This document shows positions 15,567 to 22,704 of a stretch of 32,000 bases of DNA, one piece after another. This DNA is from Candidatus Electrothrix sp. GW3-4 (GTDB taxonomy: Bacteria; Desulfobacterota; Desulfobulbia; Desulfobulbales; Desulfobulbaceae). The notes below the pieces were generated by a model. It did no database searches. It saw nothing but the letters and a program-made list of their open reading frames with translations, and was not told the origin of the DNA. Positions within the stretch are counted from its first letter, which is position 1. The number at the start of each line of letters is the position of its first letter. The translations under genes were made by a program, and so were the position numbers. The stretch covers positions 2,550,001-2,582,000 of the forward strand of contig NZ_CP147990.1 in assembly GCF_037902255.1 (NCBI RefSeq), read 5' to 3'.

Positions 15567-17018
15567 TCAAAAAAAGCTTTCAGGCACAACAATAACGTCC
15601 TCAGGCCGGACCAGGGTATCATGATCAACATCTTCGAGCACCTGCTTTGTTCCGTTGATCATACGATTAATTTTGATCCTCGATTCAGCAGCAATACCGG
15701 TAAAACTGCCTGCCAATGAGACCATTTTGAGCACAGTCGTATTTCGACCGCACGGGTACGCTCCAGGCCTGTTAACCTGCCCGGTGATATAGCAGACGGC
15801 TTCTTTTTTAGCGGCACTTGCAGGTACGACAACGACATCTTCAGGTAATAATAAGGTATCCTTGTTGACTGCTTGAAGTACCTGCTTATTGCCATTAACC
15901 TGTCGATTAATCTCAATTCCTGATTCCAGCGCCTTCTCGGTAAAGCCGCCCGCTCGAGTCAACAGTTTAAGAATGCTCATTCTCCTTGAACAAGGGTACG
16001 CACCTGGTCGATTCACTTCACCGGTAATATAACAGAGCGATTCTTCTTTTTTACTTATTGTGCGTTCGGGCACAATAATGACATCATCAGGCTGCACCAG
16101 TGTATCCTGATCTACATGTTGCACAACATGCTTCACCCCATTGACCGTCCGATTAATCTTCATTCCAGACTCAAGTGCCCTTTCGGTAAAGCCTCCTGCC
16201 AAAGAGAGGATCTTCAGGACCGTGGCATTACGAGCACAGAGGTATTCCCCCGGCTGATTGACCTCACCGGTAATGAAGCACACAGCGCCTTCAGCGATTG
16301 AAACGGTATCTCCCCCTTGAATTTGAATATTCTGTTGAGGATCACCTGTTCTTATCAATCGGTCAAGGTTAATAGAGATGTTTTCCTGTGTACCATTCCC
16401 CTGCCTTTTAATCGTTGCCGTTTGCCCCGCATTATCTTTTAACCCGCCGACTTGAGAAAGCAACTCCAACAGTGTTATCGGACCGTTCAACTCAACAAGC
16501 CCTGGATTATGCACCGGCCCGAGGACAACAACCTTTTTGCTTTTGAACTGTTCTATAAAGATCGTCACCTGAGGTTCAATTATATAGCCATCAGCCAACG
16601 CCACCTCAATACGCTCTGCTGCTGCTGATATTCCAAGACCACCGACGTACACTTGACCAATCAAAGGAAAATCGATTGCGCCTCCCTCGGTGACCCGTAC
16701 CTTAACGGTTAATTCCTCATGATCGTAGACTTTGATAGAAAGAACATCTCCTGCCCCGATCGCATATTCAGCCTGCGTCCGAGTCCTGCTTGCAGTGCTG
16801 AGCTTCTGAGACCTTATTGAAGGCAACCTTGTCGCTGGCATCTGAGAGATCCTTGACCGGGGTATTGGCAGAGCCCCACGAGTATTACCAGGAGACCCAA
16901 CATAGCCAGCAGCCAGACCAGAGGATACGACGATCGGGACCAACAGCGCAATAATGGGCAATAAAATTATCAACCGTACTGTTCTGCTTTTCAGATAGCC
17001 TGTTCTTTTCTTCCACAT
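15567..17018 (-). CDS. Polysaccharide export protein (Wza/Poly_export family) with four SLBB modules
   Basis: Poly_export-like segment (YAIGAGDVLSIKVYDHEEL..DFPLIGQVYVGGL). One diverged SLBB follows, then three near-identical ~81-aa SLBB repeats (C[FY]ITG[EQ]VN.PG.Y.C.....L......AG.FT......). Confidence 0.85.
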   Translation of the reverse strand: MWKKRTGYLKSRTVRLIILLPIIALLVPIVVSSGLAAGYVGSPGNTRGALPIPRSRISQMPATRLPSIRSQKLSTASRTRTQAEYAIGAGDVLSIKVYDHEELTVKVRVTEGGAIDFPLIGQVYVGGLGISAAAERIEVALADGYIIEPQVTIFIEQFKSKKVVVLGPVHNPGLVELNGPITLLELLSQVGGLKDNAGQTATIKRQGNGTQENISINLDRLIRTGDPQQNIQIQGGDTVSIAEGAVCFITGEVNQPGEYLCARNATVLKILSLAGGFTERALESGMKINRTVNGVKHVVQHVDQDTLVQPDDVIIVPERTISKKEESLCYITGEVNRPGAYPCSRRMSILKLLTRAGGFTEKALESGIEINRQVNGNKQVLQAVNKDTLLLPEDVVVVPASAAKKEAVCYITGQVNRPGAYPCGRNTTVLKMVSLAGSFTGIAAESRIKINRMINGTKQVLEDVDHDTLVRPEDVIVVPESFF

Positions 17019-17080
17019 GACTCGCTAGCTTCGCATAAAATTATCAGAGAATCGATAGAAACCTTCTTCGGTTGAAGCGG

Positions 17081-18574
17081 TCAAAACGCACCATGGACGC
17101 CTATCCCCAAGGTATTTGTCTCGTAATCCAGCTCATCAAAAGTAGAATCTTTTTTATCAAAGTTGTAATACAAGGTAAGAGACAGCCATTTTTTCAGCGC
17201 AAAATCAATACGCGGGCTCAAATTCCAGCGTTCATCCAGGCGGGATGAGCCATCAAACTGGGCATAGTCTGAATCTTCATAAATAAAATTCATTGTCCCT
17301 CTGATCCGACCGGTAAATCGATATCCATAGGCAAGCCGGGCAGCCCAAACGGTTTTATTCAGGGCATATTCGCTGTCTGACTGTTCAATATTATACTTTG
17401 AGTTCAGCAGAAATTCGCTCTTGCGGGTGGCCTGCCAGGTGGCCTGTGCTTCAAAATGAACGGTTTCCTCCCCGTCATTCAGGGTATCAGTAATGGCCCC
17501 AGCACCGTCACGGTTCCAATCTTCATCATAATCCACCATCTGATAGCCTGCTTTGAGCATAAATCCCGTCTTGACAGTGGCCTGCCAATTCATACCTGCC
17601 TGCAAGAAGAGATTATCATTATCCGGCATATCATTTTCTTCATAAGTGGCCGTGAGCAGGGAACCTCCAACAAAAAAACTCGTTTTCGGACTGTAATCAT
17701 AGGTCAGGGCACCATCAAATCCATCATCTCCACGATCCATGAAGTTATTAAGCTCAAGATCATAGATCAAAACATGGTTTCTATAGCCTATTCGTGCAGA
17801 TACCTTATCAGAAAGGCGCCAGTCGATTCCTGCGTTCAGGACATTAGCATCATACACTCGGTTATTTTCCGAAGTTGCTTCAATAATATTAAAGATATCC
17901 TGACTATGCGAGAAATTATCCATGAGACGCAGGGTCAGACGCTCATACGGCTTATACACCGCCTGTCCCTGGAGTGCGCTTTCAGCATGATCAAGTTCTG
18001 AATCTGCCGAATAGGTCATAAAATCCATTTTTCCAGAAAGGTAGAGCTCAAACTTATTATAGATATCATACTCGGCCTGACTGTATTGCAAACCACCTAC
18101 CGCTGTATTATCCGCCGCAACTTGAAGTGGACGCCGACTTCTTCTCGGCCAGGTCAACCACACAGAAGGAGAAATTTTCGTCAGAAAATTTTCTTCTTTC
18201 TCCGTATCTGTATTATACAGGTTATCGGTCCATTCACCGCTCAGTCCCAGGGCAGCATGGAGAGAGCCATTTCGATAGCCAAACACCCTACCTTCTGCGT
18301 TAACCTCTTTCTCCTCGCTCTGCGCCTGTTGATTGACCATCTCCTTCTCAGGCTCAGTTATGCTTGCAGAAGCCCCCACCATCCCCTGACTCTCCTTATA
18401 TACAGGAGGCTCTGTAGCCTGCATCTCATCATTATATATCACCGTTGCCATCGGCAGCCCGGAAGCTGACTGTGGCACGGCCTTATTATATTCCTGTGCT
18501 CCTGAAAAACTTGCATGTGAGCTCACCAAGATCAGCAAGGCACTGCCCATATATTTTTTCGACCGATTCTCCAT
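17081..18574 (-). CDS. Outer-membrane beta-barrel protein of the EPS locus
   Basis: Signal peptide (LLILVSSHASFSGAQE). Amphipathic Y/D/N/G-rich strands. C-terminal ..LGIGVHGAF (terminal Phe). Its position ahead of Wza/Wzc resembles the EpsL-type barrels of exosortase-associated EPS loci (recalled, not verified). Confidence 0.65.
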   Translation of the reverse strand: MENRSKKYMGSALLILVSSHASFSGAQEYNKAVPQSASGLPMATVIYNDEMQATEPPVYKESQGMVGASASITEPEKEMVNQQAQSEEKEVNAEGRVFGYRNGSLHAALGLSGEWTDNLYNTDTEKEENFLTKISPSVWLTWPRRSRRPLQVAADNTAVGGLQYSQAEYDIYNKFELYLSGKMDFMTYSADSELDHAESALQGQAVYKPYERLTLRLMDNFSHSQDIFNIIEATSENNRVYDANVLNAGIDWRLSDKVSARIGYRNHVLIYDLELNNFMDRGDDGFDGALTYDYSPKTSFFVGGSLLTATYEENDMPDNDNLFLQAGMNWQATVKTGFMLKAGYQMVDYDEDWNRDGAGAITDTLNDGEETVHFEAQATWQATRKSEFLLNSKYNIEQSDSEYALNKTVWAARLAYGYRFTGRIRGTMNFIYEDSDYAQFDGSSRLDERWNLSPRIDFALKKWLSLTLYYNFDKKDSTFDELDYETNTLGIGVHGAF

Positions 18575-18675
18575 GTATGTTCTCTCACCTCATCAAAGAA
18601 AAAAACGACGGCTCAGCCGCCGTAACAACGGGTATCAAAAGTGAAATACCAGTACCTCCGCCAAAAAAACATAGC

Positions 18676-19164
18676 TTATGGCGCAGAAGGGCTCGCAGAC
18701 TGTGGCCTTGTGGGAGGCTCAAGAAGCTCCGGCTCCGGGACAGGTTCCGGCGACGGTATAACATCCCGATCACTCATCCCAGGTTCTTGACCTGATCCAC
18801 CATCGAAAAGATCACGATCATTCAAGGTAAGCTTATCTCCGCATTCCGCGATACTCTCTTCAAGGGCCACGCTTAGATCTTGAACAGTAATGCCGAGTTT
18901 ATTTGCCGCCTCCCGGACCGCATCTCGATCAGCCCCGGCACAGTACAGGCCTTTTAATCCTTTTTTCGTTTCAAATTTTTCACTACTACTGATAATAAAG
19001 GTCAGGATTTCATCAGGCGTCACCTCGTTATTCAAGGCATCTTTCACAGCGATATCCATACCGAACGCTTCATAATCCCGTATAAAATCATCTGTCCATG
19101 CAGCCTGAGCCGCCCCGGCAGTCAGCAAAAAAAACAGCGCCATCATACAAAGAATCGTCCTCAT
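18676..19164 (-). CDS. Secreted hypothetical protein, first gene of the EPS export operon
   Basis: Signal peptide MRTILCMMALFFLLTAGAAQA/AW. Pro/Glu-rich tail (PSPEPVPEPELLEPPTRPQSASPSAP). Co-oriented with the barrel gene and 101 nt upstream of it. Confidence 0.55.
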   Translation of the reverse strand: MRTILCMMALFFLLTAGAAQAAWTDDFIRDYEAFGMDIAVKDALNNEVTPDEILTFIISSSEKFETKKGLKGLYCAGADRDAVREAANKLGITVQDLSVALEESIAECGDKLTLNDRDLFDGGSGQEPGMSDRDVIPSPEPVPEPELLEPPTRPQSASPSAP

Positions 19165-19195
19165 CTTCCCCTCCAGCCAATCCTTCTTTTTTTTT

Positions 19196-19295
19196 CAGTA
19201 TAGCTCTCATCCTGGCCCAGCGGACCAGAACAACACAACATGAAAGGGGCTTGGATGACTCCAAGCCAAGGGCTCATAGTTACTTTCATATAAAG
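19196..19295. repeat. Second short repeat family, copy B (about 100 bp)
   Basis: CAGTATA..CATCCTGGCCCAGCGGACCAG..CATGAAAGG..ACTTTCATATAAAG. It lies in the intergenic region between dCMP deaminase and the EPS operon start. Confidence 0.5.
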
Positions 19296-19431
19296 TTCAA
19301 AATATATTACCCGGCAAGCAAGCAAAAGTAAATACATCCCGCACATTCTTCAGAAGGCGCAGGCGAGCAGCAGCTCAGCATCTCTCTTCCAGACGTATTA
19401 TCGCCATACGGGAACGGGATAGTAAGCGGAC

Positions 19432-19932
19432 TTATCCCTCTTCCCTGAATGCAAGTAGAACCGCCTCGCGTTCGGTTGTGAACTGTCTGTACAGCACGCC
19501 GGATTTTTCCAGCATAACTTTTGATGCCTTCACCGAATCAGTCTGCCTATATTTATCAGAGAGGTAGACAATCTCCCCGATACCTGACTGGATAATCACC
19601 TTAGTGCATTCATTACAGGGAAAGAGCGCCACGTAGATTCGACAACCAGAGAGGTTGCGGGACGTCGCATTAAGGACGGCATTCAATTCAGCATGACAGA
19701 CATAGGGATACTTGGTATCCAGATACGCTCCCTCACGACTCCATGGCAACTCGTCATCAGAACATCCCCAAGGAAAACCATTATACCCTACCCCAACAAT
19801 CTTATTATCGGAATCTGCAACACAGGCCCCAACTCGTGTATTTGGGTCCTTGGAGCGCCAGCCAGAAAGCAAAGCGACAGCCATAAAGTACTCATCCCAT
19901 GACAGAAAATCTGTCCTTTTTCCACTTTCCAT
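19432..19932 (-). CDS. Deoxycytidylate (dCMP) deaminase
   Basis: CDA-fold zinc motifs CHAELNA and PCNECTKVIIQSGI. The 166-aa length and N-terminal WDEYFM.VA.L...RS.DP are typical of dCMP deaminases. Confidence 0.9.
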   Translation of the reverse strand: MESGKRTDFLSWDEYFMAVALLSGWRSKDPNTRVGACVADSDNKIVGVGYNGFPWGCSDDELPWSREGAYLDTKYPYVCHAELNAVLNATSRNLSGCRIYVALFPCNECTKVIIQSGIGEIVYLSDKYRQTDSVKASKVMLEKSGVLYRQFTTEREAVLLAFREEG

Positions 19933-20035
19933 ACTCTCCGGTCGTTCTCAAAACTTCCAAAAAAAATTTCCTACCGGAGCCACACCGGTTGACAAATCAT
20001 TCCTGCTCTTCCCTCCTCCCCAGTTCAACAGTTCT

Positions 20036-20962
20036 CTATTCAACAGCAGCCTGGTTCTTCTTAAATTTTTTCCTTCGATTCCGCCAGTCCGAATCTCCGG
20101 TGATCTTTTCAACAAATTGCTGAATAGCCATAAAATAATATTTTCCACCAATACTGATCAGTGAATTATGATCAGCGCCTGGCACCACCTGAAGCTCCTT
20201 GACACGGGCCCCACTTTCAGCATGCAGTTTTTCCGCCTGCCAAAGTGGGATCAGGGTGTCCCGCTGACCGTGCAAAAGAAAGGTAGGCATGGTGATCCTC
20301 TTGATTTTACTGATATTGTTAAAGGTCTGTTCCTCAGTGATATCAACCGCAGCCATGTCAGCACCAAGTGTCTTTGCCAAAGGCAAGGTCTCAGCAAAAC
20401 CACTTTCAATGATCAAGCCGCTGATCTCATCGTTATAGGCCTGCGCCAGCTCTATGGCCGCAGCAGATCCCAGCGACCGCCCCATAATAAAAATGACTGA
20501 TCGGTATTCCCGTTCCGCTAACATCTTTTGCAGCTCAGCATACAGCACATGACTATCGGCAAGCAAGGTGGAAAAAGAAGGCGTCCCTCCACTCCAGCCA
20601 TAGCCACGATAATCCGTGACCAGCACATTCAAACCATATCTCACATATTCTAGAGCAATGGCATCGTAATCAGCAACAATCTCCCCGTTGCCGTGGAAGA
20701 AAAGAAGGGTCGGTTTATCTTTGCCTGCTGCAAAAAAACGACAACCGATGACAACACCGGGCTCGACTTCAATATCAACATCCTCAGCACCTGCGGACAC
20801 AGGGGTTCGCGCCACAGTTCGCGGATGAAACAGAATACGTTGCACTTCAGGGCTATCCATAAAATTCTCCGTTCGCTTTTCCCGGCCCTCGCAACTCCAC
20901 AACACGCTCAACAATACCAATAAGGAGAACGCAGAGAGCAGCGATTGTCTCAAAAAATTCAT
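20036..20962 (-). CDS. Alpha/beta-fold hydrolase, exported (possible lipoprotein)
   Basis: Nucleophile elbow MGRSLGS (GxSxG). FFHGNG oxyanion region. Candidate Asp/His (HGQRD, GADHNS). N-terminal signal with LWSC. Confidence 0.8.
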   Translation of the reverse strand: MNFLRQSLLSAFSLLVLLSVLWSCEGREKRTENFMDSPEVQRILFHPRTVARTPVSAGAEDVDIEVEPGVVIGCRFFAAGKDKPTLLFFHGNGEIVADYDAIALEYVRYGLNVLVTDYRGYGWSGGTPSFSTLLADSHVLYAELQKMLAEREYRSVIFIMGRSLGSAAAIELAQAYNDEISGLIIESGFAETLPLAKTLGADMAAVDITEEQTFNNISKIKRITMPTFLLHGQRDTLIPLWQAEKLHAESGARVKELQVVPGADHNSLISIGGKYYFMAIQQFVEKITGDSDWRNRRKKFKKNQAAVE

Positions 20963-20996
20963 TCTAATTATTCTTCATCTTTCCTAAAAGCGGTCT

Positions 20997-21248
20997 TCAC
21001 CGACCACTCTTCTTCTTATCCATTCTGTTGACAAGCCGAATAAGCTTGAAAAACAACAGGGCAAGAGGCAATCCATGATAAAAAAAATCAAAGATATCAA
21101 TCGGCCTCTTCAAGGTACCTGCTATAACCATTCGCATTTTTTCAACAAGATGCGGTTCTGGTAAAAACGGGGCACCGCCCACAACAAGCGCGACAACCAA
21201 TAAGGGCGCCCAAGGCAGGATATCCAGCCATTCTCCAACTTTTCTCAT
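20997..21248 (-). CDS. Small two-helix membrane protein, hypothetical
   Basis: 83-aa ORF with two hydrophobic segments and a basic C-terminus. It sits 15 nt after ppsR. No family recognised. Confidence 0.5.
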   Translation of the reverse strand: MRKVGEWLDILPWAPLLVVALVVGGAPFLPEPHLVEKMRMVIAGTLKRPIDIFDFFYHGLPLALLFFKLIRLVNRMDKKKSGR

Positions 21249-21263
21249 CAGCTCTCCCCTGAC

Positions 21264-22079
21264 TCATCTTTTTTGCTTCGATATACCCAGCAGCTGTGTT
21301 ACCTGCACAGCAAGTTCTTCAATAGACTTACCTTCGGTATTCACGGTCTTGATCCCGTGGCGCATATAAAGCTGCTCTGCCTGGCGTATTTCGTCACGAC
21401 ACGTTGCCAGCTGGGCATAGGTGCTCCCCTTATAGCGTTCCTCTCTGATCCTGTGGAGAAACTGCGGGGTAATGGTCAAGCCAATGGTTTTCCTTCGATT
21501 ACGAACAATATCAACAGGTAATTCATAGGCGGCTAAATGGTCCGCTGTCATGGGAAAATTGGCTGTTTTCAACCCCATATGGGTCGCGAGATAAACAGAA
21601 ACCGGGGTTTTCCCTGTCCTGGAAACCCCTATCAGAAGAATCTCTGCCTCGTCATAGCCACTGCTTTTCTGGCCGTCGTCATGCTCAATAGTATAATGGA
21701 TAGCCTCCACCCGCTTATCCGGCTGTGCATCATCACGGTTTCGAAACACCCCAGGCTGGCGCAGGGCCTTGGCTTCGAGCTTCTGCTCAAGCCTATCAAG
21801 AAGCCCGCCATAAAGATCAAATAGCTCCATTTCAGCCCTGTCAAAGATAGCAAGGACATCTGGATCAATAATGGTGCAAAAAACCAGGGGAAGCAGTCCT
21901 CCCGACTGTTTCAATATGTGGGCAACGGCCTTCTCTGCCTCATACGAGGTTCTGACAAAGGGTATTTTCTCTTCATTCAACCCTATTGCAGGAAACTGAC
22001 AGAGGAGAGACTTCCCGATATCTTCAGTTAGCAGGGCTGTCGAATCAGAGACATAATAGACATCCTTTACAGTCCACAT
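21264..22079 (-). CDS. ppsR: Pyruvate/PEP dikinase regulatory protein (kinase/pyrophosphorylase, DUF299)
   Basis: Family-typical length (271 aa). P-loop GVSRTGKTPVSVYLA. Conserved C-terminal IREERYKG..YA....C..E...A..L pattern. Confidence 0.85.
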   Translation of the reverse strand: MWTVKDVYYVSDSTALLTEDIGKSLLCQFPAIGLNEEKIPFVRTSYEAEKAVAHILKQSGGLLPLVFCTIIDPDVLAIFDRAEMELFDLYGGLLDRLEQKLEAKALRQPGVFRNRDDAQPDKRVEAIHYTIEHDDGQKSSGYDEAEILLIGVSRTGKTPVSVYLATHMGLKTANFPMTADHLAAYELPVDIVRNRRKTIGLTITPQFLHRIREERYKGSTYAQLATCRDEIRQAEQLYMRHGIKTVNTEGKSIEELAVQVTQLLGISKQKR

Positions 22080-22088
22080 GATTCTTCC

Positions 22089-22382
22089 TTACTTATCCGT
22101 CTCAAGTTCCCTGACCTGATCAATCCTCTTATGGCAGAACAGGCATCGATAGGGCTGCGGATGTTTTTCTGGTAAGGGTTTTATTTTTTCCTCTGCATGA
22201 CATTCCTGGCAAAAGCCTTCGGCCTGTTTACGATCCATATCCATGAATCGCTCATGATTATTATCACGAGGCATATGTGGTGTTGTTTCCGGGGGCGCCT
22301 TCCATAAAAAATAAAAGAGGCCACCGCAAATTAAAATGAAAAAAAAATGATAAACAAGAAGGTTCTTTTTCTTTTCCGCCAT
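22089..22382 (-). CDS. Small membrane-anchored dihaem c-type cytochrome (97 aa)
   Basis: I place the start at the internal ATG 22382 (MAEKKKNLLVYHFFFILICGGLFYFLW = N-terminal anchor). Two CxxCH motifs are present (CQECH, CLFCH). The stop is 9 nt before the ppsR start. The 56-codon N-terminal extension in the track looks non-coding. Confidence 0.6.
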   Translation of the reverse strand: MAEKKKNLLVYHFFFILICGGLFYFLWKAPPETTPHMPRDNNHERFMDMDRKQAEGFCQECHAEEKIKPLPEKHPQPYRCLFCHKRIDQVRELETDK

Positions 22383-22704
22383 TGGGATAAAATCCAAGAG
22401 TAAACGTCTGCACGTACAAGACAGGATTGTCGCAGCATCCAACATTATTTTTACAACGCAGCATACCGATTTCTGATTGTATATTATTTGCCCAGCTATT
22501 ACCCTGAACATGATGGGTTTTCCTGCTGTCGACAGCAGCATTTCTTCCATTCATATTTATGGATAGATATCTATGGATAGCGCATGGAGAACGCAAAGGC
22601 ATAATCAGATAAATTTTTTCAGTATACACGAACCAGGGAAAATATAAAATCATTCATACGCATTTTCTTGTTCCTTTCACCAACTCCCGAAAAAGCATAA
22701 CTCT

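Noticed and set aside
22383-22550. 56-codon N-terminal extension of the cytochrome ORF (track start 22550), and the overlapping 129-aa ORF 22264-22653
   Set aside because: The extension (MEEMLLSTAGKPIMFRVIAG..CCVVKIML..) has no signal or TM logic. The internal ATG at 22382 gives a clean anchor plus two haem motifs. The 129-aa ORF is in another frame of the same AT-rich spacer.
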